64,000 bases of DNA from an uncultured Gemmatimonadales bacterium (GCA_963715665.1 OY970263.1:2090757-2154756); one strand, 5' to 3'. Positions 22,473 to 32,370 are shown, counted from the first letter of the stretch. Notes: a model not told the origin generated them from the letters alone. Translations and numbers: made by a program.

Positions 22473-25235
22473 ATGATGCCGTCCGATCGTCGTGCGAACC
22501 GCCGCCCCGCCGCATCCCTCTGGCTGCTGGCCTTTGCCGTTGCCTGCTCGTCCGGTACCACGACCGGCCCGACGGGTCCCGGCGGCTCCGCCGGGCCAGC
22601 CTCGCTGGCGGTTTCGAGCGGGGACGGGCAGACAGCGCAACCGGGCGCCGCGGTGCCGATTCAGCCGGCCGTGATCATCAAGGACTCGGCGAGCAAGCCG
22701 GTTCCGGGAGTGACCGTCACCTTTGCCGTCGATTCGGGAGGCGGATCGCTGTCACTGACTTCCGCCGTGACCGGCACCGATGGCATCGCCAGGGCCGGGA
22801 TCTGGACGCTCGGGCCCGCGGAAGGGCGCAACACGCTCAAGGCGATGAGCGGCACGTTGTCGCCGGTCAAGTTCACCGCAACGGCGGCGATTGCCGGTGG
22901 TGCCCTGCCGACCGCCACGGTGGGAACCGGTGGCGGGACGATCACGTCCACCGATCCCGGGCCGCTCAAGGGATTTGCACTGGACGTTCCGGCCGGCGCC
23001 TTCAGCGCGGCAGTGCAGTTGCAGGTCAGCTACGCCTCGAGTGCCACGCTGCCACTTCCGGTCGGCATGACGGTGGCGTCACCGATCGTGACACTCGGCT
23101 CCAACGCCGCCGGCCCGGCCGCGGTCCTCTTCACGCTCAGGATCCCCGCGACGATCCCCGCGGGCCAATTCCCGATTGTGGCCATGGTCGACCCGTCGAC
23201 GGGATTCCTCGATGCCCTTCCCACGCTCACGTACGACTCGGTGAGTGTCACGGCAATGGGTTCGGTGCTCGACGAATCGCAGCTGCTCGAAACGACGCGC
23301 CGTCCGTCCGGTCCCGGTGGGGCCGCCCTCCGATTGCCGCAGCAGGTGGCGTATGCCGTCATGCTCCGCGACAGCGCCCAGCTCCACACCGTCACGTTCG
23401 ACACCCACTTTCTTCCCGGCACTGACGATTGGGAGTTCCTGCCGCAGCCGACCCAGCTCTTCACGAGCCCCGAAGCGGGGGAAGTCGTGTCGGAGCGTTA
23501 CTACTTCATCCGCCAGAAGTCGCTCGCGTCGGGTGCACTCAACGCGCGGTTCGAGGAGGCGCCTGGCGTCACCGTGAGCGATGTCAGCGGCATCCAGTGG
23601 TCGGCCGCGCTGGCGCAGCAATTTGACGGCCTGATCGGTCCCCACATCCTGGCCGCGGCGGGGGCCCGCGCACTCAACCAGCTGCGTTACGACCGGAACA
23701 CCATCCAGATGATCGCCACGTCGATGATCGCGACCGGCGAGCCGCAGATCGTGGCGTTCGTGGATCCCGCCAACGGCCAGTACTCCACGGTACTGGCGTA
23801 CCGCTGGGACGGTCCGTCCGGCACGCTCTACACCGCCAATCCCGACCACCCCGGCGACCTCACGCGTCACGCCATCTGGGACAACAACGGCCTCGGCTGC
23901 ACGCTGCTCTGCCTCGCCGTGGCCGGCGTCAATCACCTGATCGGATATCAGGCGCAGCTCGACGCGGAGTATCCGTCGGTGCTCGACGGCAGCATCGACA
24001 GGTCGCACTTTCCGGCGGCCTTCGCGACATCGTACGACTCCATCATCGGTGAGACACCGGAAATCGGCGTCGACACCCTGTTCATGGTGCACGATACGTC
24101 GCGGATGTGGATCGAGTGTCCGACCTGCGCGGGAAGCTATCCGACCTCGATTGCGCTCCGTAACGGGGCGAGCGGCATCGAGACGCAGCAGATCTATCTG
24201 CCGAGCGGGACGAATGCGTGGTCGCCGAGCGGTGGCCAGACCCAGACGGGGTTTGCGCTCGACGTGACCCAGTTGCCGTTGGCAAGCGGCAATCATTTTG
24301 CCGACTTCCAGTTCGGGATGGAGGTGCTTGGCCTGCTGACGCCGGCGGTTGGTCAGTCCGCGACGACCGGATGGCTGGGATGGAAAGAGCTTCACGTGAT
24401 CAAGTTTGCGCCGACGATCAACGCGATGCAGGTCGTGGGCGGTGCACCGGTCACGTTCACGCTCGGTACCAATGGCGGTCCCGCGTTGCCGCACGACCTC
24501 ACCTACCTGTTCAAGTGGGGCGATGGAACGGACAGCACCAGCGCCACGTCGCTCCCCGCGTCGGTCGATCACGCGTTTGCCAGGTCCGGAAGCGACACCG
24601 TCGTCATGGAGATGCATCATCCGAGCAAGCGGCAGCTGGTCGGCACCGCGTCGGTCGTGTTGACAGTGCCGCCGCTGGCATGGGTGTTCACGTCGGCGAC
24701 GGTCACGTCGAGCGTGGTGCCGACGCTCTTCGACAAGAGCGATACGGTCAGGTCCCAGAAGGTCAACGCCATCCTGGCAAACCTGGAGGCCAACCCCGGC
24801 AACACCGTGCTGTTCAAGGTCGACTCGCTCGACTGCAGCTCGCTGGGGCTGGAGCAGTTTGCTGCCGGACCGGCCGTCACCGACGTGTTCGTGAAGAGCG
24901 CGCTGGTCAATGTCCTCGGCATCCACTGTACCGGTGCCGACAGCACCTTCGAGCTTGGCACGCTCAACGTCGGCCCCGTGGGAAGCGGACCACTCACGGG
25001 CAGCGCCACCCAGGTCGGCGGCGGCCTCGTCGTGCTGCTCGCCAACAACGTGACGCCGCTGGGTTCGGGTCTCGGCTCCATCAATGCGGTGATGAATGGC
25101 TCCACGCTGGCGGGCAGCTTCATCTGGTCGGTCGATTACGGTGCGGGGAGGTGGCAGTACACTGTGCAGTTCCAGGCCCAACAGGTTTCGCTGCCGGTCA
25201 CGTTGCCGAGCGGCTCGGTGCGCCGCAAACCGTGA
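22473..25235 (+). CDS. Large multi-domain surface lipoprotein (Big_1-like Ig, ZU5-like, PKD-like)
   Basis: AGGAG RBS; lipobox AVAC; SGDGQTA...VTVTFAV...WTLG Ig; LDVPAGAFS; YLFKWGDGT. Confidence 0.75.
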   Translation: MMPSDRRANRRPAASLWLLAFAVACSSGTTTGPTGPGGSAGPASLAVSSGDGQTAQPGAAVPIQPAVIIKDSASKPVPGVTVTFAVDSGGGSLSLTSAVTGTDGIARAGIWTLGPAEGRNTLKAMSGTLSPVKFTATAAIAGGALPTATVGTGGGTITSTDPGPLKGFALDVPAGAFSAAVQLQVSYASSATLPLPVGMTVASPIVTLGSNAAGPAAVLFTLRIPATIPAGQFPIVAMVDPSTGFLDALPTLTYDSVSVTAMGSVLDESQLLETTRRPSGPGGAALRLPQQVAYAVMLRDSAQLHTVTFDTHFLPGTDDWEFLPQPTQLFTSPEAGEVVSERYYFIRQKSLASGALNARFEEAPGVTVSDVSGIQWSAALAQQFDGLIGPHILAAAGARALNQLRYDRNTIQMIATSMIATGEPQIVAFVDPANGQYSTVLAYRWDGPSGTLYTANPDHPGDLTRHAIWDNNGLGCTLLCLAVAGVNHLIGYQAQLDAEYPSVLDGSIDRSHFPAAFATSYDSIIGETPEIGVDTLFMVHDTSRMWIECPTCAGSYPTSIALRNGASGIETQQIYLPSGTNAWSPSGGQTQTGFALDVTQLPLASGNHFADFQFGMEVLGLLTPAVGQSATTGWLGWKELHVIKFAPTINAMQVVGGAPVTFTLGTNGGPALPHDLTYLFKWGDGTDSTSATSLPASVDHAFARSGSDTVVMEMHHPSKRQLVGTASVVLTVPPLAWVFTSATVTSSVVPTLFDKSDTVRSQKVNAILANLEANPGNTVLFKVDSLDCSSLGLEQFAAGPAVTDVFVKSALVNVLGIHCTGADSTFELGTLNVGPVGSGPLTGSATQVGGGLVVLLANNVTPLGSGLGSINAVMNGSTLAGSFIWSVDYGAGRWQYTVQFQAQQVSLPVTLPSGSVRRKP

Positions 25236-25318
25236 CCGCGGGTGCCCCCGCAAGCCCGCCCGGCACACCTCGCCGGGCGGACCCGCGGACGGGCTACTCA
25301 CCTGCAGCCACGCCACCC

Positions 25319-26095
25319 TCACGCCGCTTTCGTCGTCCCCTCAACCGATGGGATCGCCGCCAGGTCCGCCTTGAGCTGCGCCAAGTCGAACCCCGCCGGG
25401 GACTTCTCCTTCGCGAGGAAATCACTGCTCAACACCGCGTACGCCTCGTCGCAGTACGCGCCGTAGAAGCCCCAGCTCATCGCCTTGACGGTGCCCCACG
25501 TGACCACGTAGACGTTGCGGCGGTCATAGCCCACCGCGTTGACGCAGTGCCCCGCCATCGGGTCGGGAGCACCATCGCCCCGCGTCCCGTATGGCCTGAG
25601 GGTCCACGGCACGGTGAGGATGTCGTCGGCATTCACCACGAACTCCGGCAGCATCAGTCCCAGGTAACAGCCGCCAAAGATCGCCAGCGACTCCCTGGCC
25701 TGCTTCTGGTTCGCTTGGTCAAGCAGCGCGAACGCGTCGACGCGGTCCTTCCCCAGCCCGTGGGAACGCCAGTACTTGAGCACGTCGAGCATGCTGCAGC
25801 CGTTTTCCGGCCCCGGCGGCGTGAAGTGCTCGTACATCCGGAGCACGTCGGCGTCCTTGGGCGTGACCTGCTTCCCGGCGGCGGCGGTCCACGCCTCCAC
25901 CATGTGCCCCACCGCGGCACAGGTGCAGTCGCCGTAGCGGTCGTTGTCGAACATTGGCCAGCTGCTCACACCGGTACTCCAGTCCACCGTTCTCGGCAGC
26001 GGCGGCAACGTCGGGCCCAGGTAGCGGCCGAACGAGAGGGTGCGAACGTCGCGCTCGGAGGGCTTCCGTCCGAGGCAGAGCGTGCGGGGCGTCAT
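25319..26095 (-). CDS. Putative papain-like cysteine peptidase
   Basis: AGGAGG RBS; VDW...NDRYGDCTCAA, GHCVNAVGYD, VVTWG. Confidence 0.65.
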   Translation of the reverse strand: MTPRTLCLGRKPSERDVRTLSFGRYLGPTLPPLPRTVDWSTGVSSWPMFDNDRYGDCTCAAVGHMVEAWTAAAGKQVTPKDADVLRMYEHFTPPGPENGCSMLDVLKYWRSHGLGKDRVDAFALLDQANQKQARESLAIFGGCYLGLMLPEFVVNADDILTVPWTLRPYGTRGDGAPDPMAGHCVNAVGYDRRNVYVVTWGTVKAMSWGFYGAYCDEAYAVLSSDFLAKEKSPAGFDLAQLKADLAAIPSVEGTTKAA

Positions 26096-26131
26096 GCGTG
26101 CCTCCTGAAAGAGTGACTCGTGAGGTAAACG

Positions 26132-26929
26132 TCAGGCGGCCTGCGCGGCCGGTGAATCGGGTTGGTCGCCCTGTGACACCGGCGCGGGCGCGGGCTCCGG
26201 GGGTGGAACAGGAGCCGGCGGCTCGACCGGGTCGGGCGACGGCGCGGGAGCCGGGGCGGGTGCTGGCGGCGGGGCCTGGCCGCCGGTGCCGCCGTGGTGA
26301 TACGTCGGCCCGAGGTTGCGCGCGCTCTCCCACGCGGCGAGCAGGTCGGCGTCGGGCGGCGTCACCGCCTGGTAATACGTGTCGAGCAACCGCAGGTCCA
26401 CGACCACGCTGCGGGTGACCGCCTCCAGCTCGGCCCGAGCTCCGACGTGGTCGGCGCGGTGGGCGGCCGCATCGACCGTCACCGCATCGAACTGCTGCAG
26501 CGACGCGGTCAGCTCGTCGACGAAGGTGTCGCCGAGCCCCAGCCCCGTGAGCACGTCCTTGTTGGTGGTCGCGGCCGCCAGCAGCGACTGCGCGGCGAGA
26601 ACGAACGGCTTGTTGGCGAGCCTGGCGGCCGGAAGGACGAACTGCCCCGAAAGCTCGGGGTGCGCCTGCGCGGCGAGGCTCGCCACGCGCACCAGGCGGC
26701 GGAGCTGTCCATTGTGGATGCGCACCTTCAGCGCCGCGCGCGTCGCGACCGCCGCCTGCTCGGCCGCGATACCGTCCGCGAGCCGGGTGGCGAGGGCGTC
26801 GGCGCTGGGGAGGTTGCTGGCGAGCCGGGTGACGATGGCGGTGAATCCGCCATCGGTGAGGGGGTGCGCCTTGGCGAAATCGAGCGCGCGGCGCGCCATG
26901 GTGAGGTTGCTGCGGATCCGGGCCTGCAT
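26132..26929 (-). CDS. Hypothetical all-helical protein with Pro/Ala-rich tail
   Basis: AAGGAG RBS, ATG 26929; amphipathic helices ending LLAAWESAR, then PPPAPAPAPAP tail. Confidence 0.75.
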   Translation of the reverse strand: MQARIRSNLTMARRALDFAKAHPLTDGGFTAIVTRLASNLPSADALATRLADGIAAEQAAVATRAALKVRIHNGQLRRLVRVASLAAQAHPELSGQFVLPAARLANKPFVLAAQSLLAAATTNKDVLTGLGLGDTFVDELTASLQQFDAVTVDAAAHRADHVGARAELEAVTRSVVVDLRLLDTYYQAVTPPDADLLAAWESARNLGPTYHHGGTGGQAPPPAPAPAPAPSPDPVEPPAPVPPPEPAPAPVSQGDQPDSPAAQAA

Positions 26930-27299
26930 ACGACGCTCCTTCCATGAGGGGGACAGCTCGTGGAACCGACGATCGGGAAATCCACCCGACGGGAGTGTCG
27001 CAACGGATTGCGGCAATCGGGGGACGGCGGCAGGCATGGCGAGGATCGTGCCACAAGTTGCGGCGGAGGGATTCCGTGCGGTAGCGTGGCGTCGGCGCGA
27101 CGCCGGACGTGACGGCGTAACTGTTGCTCCGCAGCGAAGTTGCGCCACGGCTTCAGGATGCCGACCGCCCCTGCCCGGGCCCGCTCTCCAGTGCTACTGC
27201 GGCTCTCATCGCCGGCGTCGCCCCGACGCTCGAGTGTCCTGCTGGAAGGACAGTGTGTCCTGATTTCGGGACACCCGGACCCGGGCAGAGCGGCGGAAC

Positions 27300-27620
27300 C
27301 TTCCTCGTGAACGTCCCCGCAGTGCTCACCGGCAGAGTCGCGGTCCTCGCGGGCGGCGTTGCGGTCCTCGGGGGCAGCGGTGAAGTCCTCGCCCGCGCAG
27401 TGCCGATGCTCGTGACGGATGGCGCCGTCTGCTGCGCGAGGGGAGCGCTTGTCGGATACGGCAATGCGGGGGTCGGACGATTCAGCGCAATCTCGATGGG
27501 CAGCACGGCGTTGGTCAGGCGCAGGGCCGCCGTCCCCGTGGGCAGCGGGGTGGCAAAAGGTGGCATGAGTGCGGTGCCCGTGTCCGGCGAGGTGATACTC
27601 GTGTGCACTCGGGAGTCGGC
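27300..27620. repeat. Degenerate 21-nt periodic tandem repeat
   Basis: Units such as GTCGCGGTCCTCGCGGGCGGC / GTTGCGGTCCTCGGGGGCAGC / GGTGAAGTCCTCGCCCGCGCA in 21-nt register. Confidence 0.55.
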
Positions 27621-28124
27621 CGCCAGCCAAGGCGCCTGCATCCCGGGCGGTGGGACCGCGCGTCGACGAACCGGTGAGCAATTCGTCAATCACGTGGCAG
27701 TGCTCGCGGTCACCATCGCGGTCCGGCCGGAGCGAGGTGCACGGCCCGCGTTTCGGCCCGACGTGTCCGCGCACCTCCCGGCGGCGGACCGGGGCGGCGG
27801 TGCGGTGCGCCGAGGTCGCCGGGCCGGTTGGTCCGTCCTTCCGGGGCGAGCGCCCGACCGCCATGCCGGGGCTCCCGGCTTGGAGTGGCGAGAAGAGAAT
27901 CGCCCGGAACCGGACGGCAACTCAACGTGCGCACCTGCGGTGGCGAGTTTCCCGTCAGCGGTCGGCGTGGGCCAATCCGGTCGCGAGACGGCCAAGGGTT
28001 GGCGGCCAACCACTCCACCGCCCTCGCCACGTGACCGGGACCGCCGAAGCCGATTCCACGTCCTGCTTCGATCTACCGTACGATTCGGAAGAAAGTCAAT
28101 CCCGACCGGCTCGAACCGAAGCCA

Positions 28125-29108
28125 TCATGGCGTGCAGTAGACCGATGCAGGAAATATGTTCACTACCGCTCGTCGTACTCCCGCGTAATGCGTAAATGTC
28201 TCACTGATGGCAACGCCGTGGGAGTCAAGCGCCACGGTCGTATCACCCGGCAGTACGATGTCAGCGGTCGTGACTGAACCCGTCCCGTAAGGCCACAGGT
28301 TCACTTGCACTGTGACCGCGGTGGCATTTCCGTTCCTGGCGTGACAGACGTCCGGCAGCGTCAGCTTCGACGTATCGACGACGCTATTGACATAGGTCAC
28401 ATTCGCGTGGAGCAGGAAGTAGGCGGCATCGGACACCGCCGAGCCGTGCGTCCGGGCCGAATCGAGTTCATCGGAAAACGCTAGGTACTCAATCGGTGAT
28501 GCCGCCAGGTGACTGCTGAGTGCCGAACAGAGGCCACTGTCGGTGATCCACCCCAAGGTGCAGGCGCTGTCGGTCAGCACGGGCAAACGGCCGAGCAGCG
28601 AATCGAACGTGGGCGGAGGCAGGTCGACGCCAACAGTCATGGATTTCGCACTTTGATCATCCAGCGTTTCATAGGCAGGGTAATAGCCGGTGTCAGGAAC
28701 CGGCTTGAGAACGCTATCGCCCGTGAACCACACCGTGTCAATACCGGGGACACCGATAGCGCTGAAAGTCAGGCTCGGAGTCGAGTCCCCAGGCAATATT
28801 GTGCCCATTGCCCACCAACCGGCACTCGTCTTGCCAGCAAATTGAGTACCGACGGCCCAATCCGAGTCAGCGCCGGGTGATACCACCTTTCGACCCGGGG
28901 CGGTCACCCGAATGGTAACTCCAAAGAGGTGCTCCGGGCTGGCGGAATCCACGCTAACCGAAAGGACGACGGTGGTGGTGTCTCCCACCGTGGATACACT
29001 CCGCACTCGCGGCGTCGCCGTGACATTGGTCCCCGGGAGGCCTCCCTGTGCCGAGGCAGCACTTGCGAAGGTCGACAACAACAGAACCGGCCGGAGCAGA
29101 CTGCGCAT
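28125..29108 (-). CDS. Secreted hypothetical protein (beta-sandwich plus C-x-LGWI-x-C helical module)
   Basis: GGAGG RBS within the end of the upstream gene, ATG 29108; signal peptide ASAASA-Q; ACTLGWITDSGLCSALSSHL. Confidence 0.75.
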   Translation of the reverse strand: MRSLLRPVLLLSTFASAASAQGGLPGTNVTATPRVRSVSTVGDTTTVVLSVSVDSASPEHLFGVTIRVTAPGRKVVSPGADSDWAVGTQFAGKTSAGWWAMGTILPGDSTPSLTFSAIGVPGIDTVWFTGDSVLKPVPDTGYYPAYETLDDQSAKSMTVGVDLPPPTFDSLLGRLPVLTDSACTLGWITDSGLCSALSSHLAASPIEYLAFSDELDSARTHGSAVSDAAYFLLHANVTYVNSVVDTSKLTLPDVCHARNGNATAVTVQVNLWPYGTGSVTTADIVLPGDTTVALDSHGVAISETFTHYAGVRRAVVNIFPASVYCTP

Positions 29109-29110
29109 GA

Positions 29111-30902
29111 TCAGGGCCTCCAGTACCGCAGGTGAAGATGACTGCCTTCCGGAAAGACAAACAGGCCAGCGGACGAATCGGACGTCCAAATTTTGTACAG
29201 TCTCGCGTATGCCTTGCCATGAACGTCCGCGTCGGCGCTTCGTCCCAACCGGTGCTCAAGATGCTTGATACTGTCCGCGCCCCAATGGGTGTCCAAGTCG
29301 AAGAAACCGCCATACGGCAAGCTCATGTCGTTGAGCAGCAGGTCATGCCCGAAAAGTCTGTGAATGCTGTCTGCTGCGGCTACGAGATATGGTATCATGG
29401 CCGGCACGGCGTAGAATGACTTCCGATGCGGTGAAATGGCGCCTGTGGTGTCGATGTACGTGCCGCTCGGATCAAGTTCCTCCAGACCGCCCACCCCGAC
29501 GGTCCAGCGCTTCTGTAGACTATCTCCGTGCGCAGTCGCAATGACCAGTGTTACAGGTTCCGATACGGTGCCCGCCGTGTACGTCACGGTCGCACGGCCG
29601 GAGTCGTCCGTGGTGAGACTCGTGTGAGACAGCGTGCCAACAGGTTTCGGATAGCTGGAATCGGAATGGAAGTGGCCGAACACCGAATCGGAGCCGGTCC
29701 CACCGCTGTCGGCGGCGGACAATGAAAGAGTCAAACCAAGCGAGGGGATGTGCTGGCCTGCGCTGTCGACTTGAATTGTCATTGCAAGCGTTGTATCCCA
29801 ATCATGGCCATCATACTGCGGTTTCGGTGCCCTACGCCCGCTGCCGGTGTGGCTCGTAAATATTGGCAGAATGAAGGGATTGCTGTCGGCCCCCATTGGC
29901 GTGTTGGCGCCATACGTCACGGTGATCTTTACGCCACTGATGAGGGTGATCGAAACGACGTAAGCGACATAATCGCTGTCGGCTGGAGTCAAGACGAGAC
30001 TGTCAATCTTTCCCGTCAACGAGTCGATGGCGGGCTCGTTGTCGCCGGGGTCCCCGCTGTACGTGAACGCGACACTGTCGACTTCCCCGGTCGAGTCGTA
30101 CGCCACCGCTGTGTTACCGGCGTACGTCGGGTCGAAGATTTCTATCACGGCCTTTGCGATCGGCGCACCGAAGGTGAGCGTGATCGGGGACGATGCTCCG
30201 GAGCCCGCGTCACTCTGAAAGGCAAGTTCGTCCCAATAGCTCCCGTCGGCATACGGCGATATCAGCCACGACACGCCGCTGTCGCTCCCGCTGGCGGCGT
30301 CAAGTGCATAGCCCTCGCCTTCAAGTACCGACGCCATCAGCGTCGAAGCGTACGGCGTTGTGGCCACGAGCACTTCCCCACCCCCGATTACCTGCTGCAA
30401 CCGGAGCACGCCGGTGGCCATGGCAGTCGCGGATGGACGGATGGCATACGAGATGTCGATGGTCGAATCCGCCGCGAACCGGAACACCGCGAGCGAGTCC
30501 GGCAACGTGGCAATCGGATACGTGGTGGTGGCAGTTCCCGCGGTGACAACGAGCGCCATGGAACCACCGGCCGCACGGATCGCGCTGTCGGCCGTGGCTC
30601 GCAGACTGACCTCGGTGCCGGGTCGGCCCCGGACCGTGAAATGGGCGAGCGTTCGAATGCGGTCTATCGAGTCGGCCGAGGTATGTCCGAGCGCCAACCG
30701 CCCATGCGACTCGAAGAAGGTGCACTCAGGATTGCACCGTGACACGACCTGCACCGGCGCGGTGCCGTACGGCAACGGCGTCGTGATATCGTTCCGACAG
30801 GCCCCGACCACGACCAGGAATGCCGCCGCAAGGCCGGCAACGAGGATGACCGGGCGGGGGGGGGGCGAGACGCCACCGGAGAGTGGTGGGTTTGCGAATC
30901 AT
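29111..30902 (-). pseudogene. Ig-like lipoprotein with C-terminal MepA/LAS-type peptidase domain, frameshifted at a G10 tract in the signal peptide
   Basis: ATG 30902 is 1 nt out of frame with the 566-aa body (29111-30811); removing one base of G10 (30856-30865) gives MIRKPTTLRWRLAPPRPVILVAGLAAAFLVVVGAC; C-terminal NDMSLPYGG...HLEHRLGRSAD...HLH. Confidence 0.72.
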
Positions 30903-31559
30903 GCGTTGCGCCCCTTTCTGGCCCTGCGCGTGGTGATCTGCGTCCGGTGTACGTAGACCACGCGACGTGTATTTCACATAATGAGGCCAGGTTCACGCCG
31001 TGTCAAGAGGCGCGAATGGCCAGACCGGCGCGTCGCGGTAACGATTCGGCGATGCCAACGGGGAGTGCTCGGTCGCCCTCGGCAGCGCGGTGCCGGCCGT
31101 TCGCGCGTCGCGCGTGGCGCCCGCCAGCGTTATGCGTGCCGGATAGCGGCCAGGCCCGGCGGACCTATCCCGCGATGCGCCACTCCGCCGGATGCGCCGG
31201 CCCCGGCGGATCGATCGAACAGGGGCGCGCGAAATCGTCGGGGGCGCGGACGATCCGCCCGGGCGCCTGGTCGGGATCGGCCGGGTGGTCGTTGCTCATG
31301 AAGCGGATGAAGTCACCCATCCCGCCGGACATACCGGCCGAGCTGGGGGTGAGGCGGTCACGCTGGCGTTGGGGAAGGCGTCGGGGGGACATCGCAATAC
31401 TCCAGTCTGGGTGACGGTGACGGCAGCCGTCAGAACCTGCGCGGTGCGCTTCAAACTCCGGTGACGCCGCGCTTCGTGCCCGCAGCACACCGGCAGCGCG
31501 CCGCGCCGTTGACGAATGACGATATCTTCCCTCCGTCTCCAAACGGATAACGATTGCTG

Positions 31560-32024
31560 ATGCGAACGTTCCAGTCCGGTATCGTGGCGGTCTCGTCGTT
31601 GCTGGCGCTCGCCGGCTGTCATCACGCCGCGCCGGGTCCCCAGTTCGATCCGTCCCTCAACGTGAACCTCAAGGCCTCGACCCGGCTCCCCGACGGGCTC
31701 TACTACCGCGACATCACCGTGGGATCCGGCGACAAGGCGAAGGCCGGCGAACTCGTGGCGGTGGAATACGTCGGCTGGCTGACGAACGGCAAGCAGTTCG
31801 ACGCCACGCAGGCCGGCGGCGCGCCGTACACGTTCCAGCTCGGCGCGGGGCGGGTGATCAAGGGGTGGGACGAGGGGGTGGCGGGAATGAAGGTGGGCGG
31901 CCGTCGGCAGCTGATCATCCCGGCGGAGCTGGGCTACGGCGCCACGGGCACCGGAGGAGGCCTGATTCCGCCGAATGCGACGCTGGTATTCGTCGTCGAC
32001 CTGGTGGGCGTGAAAGCACCATAG
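31560..32024 (+). CDS. FKBP-type peptidyl-prolyl cis-trans isomerase lipoprotein
   Basis: Lipobox LAGC; VEYVGWLTNGKQFD, VIKGWDEG, IIPAELGYG, IPPNATLVF. Confidence 0.96.
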   Translation: MRTFQSGIVAVSSLLALAGCHHAAPGPQFDPSLNVNLKASTRLPDGLYYRDITVGSGDKAKAGELVAVEYVGWLTNGKQFDATQAGGAPYTFQLGAGRVIKGWDEGVAGMKVGGRRQLIIPAELGYGATGTGGGLIPPNATLVFVVDLVGVKAP

Positions 32025-32104
32025 AAGAAGCCCCAGAGCCCCGAACACGGAACTCGGCGCGCGAAGCGGGGGGCCGTGGGTCTCGGATCCCCGGTTCTTC
32101 CTTT

Positions 32105-32234
32105 CTGTTCGGGGGGGCACGACAGGGCCTCGCAGCGACGCTTCGCGGAGCAGCTGGCAAGAGTTCGGCCCAATACCACGAGCGGGGATGCGTGAGCGCG
32201 GAGCAAGAGGCCTTGTCGTGCCCCCGCCGGACAG
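32105..32234. repeat. Long imperfect inverted repeat between convergent genes, flanked by heptamer units
   Basis: CTGTTCGGGGGGGCACGACAGGGCCTC ... GAGGCCTTGTCGTGCCCCCGCCGGACAG. Confidence 0.7.
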
Positions 32235-32370
32235 ATCGCTCCCCGTGCGCACTCCATCGGCAAGACGAACGAAGCGCCCGAGCGGGCGTGCGGAGCGCGG
32301 GTGGGTGAGAGGGCCTCTGGCTGCGCGCCAAGCTCCGTATGCGGGGCCCTGGGCTCTGGGCTGTCTTTCG

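Noticed and set aside
25319..31000. Prophage or integrative element
   Set aside because: No integrase, transposase, structural genes, tRNA or flanking att repeats were recognised
30947..31550. Short ORFs and weak dyads between the peptidase lipoprotein and fkbp
   Set aside because: No RBS, recognisable domain or convincing structure; left as unexplained intergenic DNA
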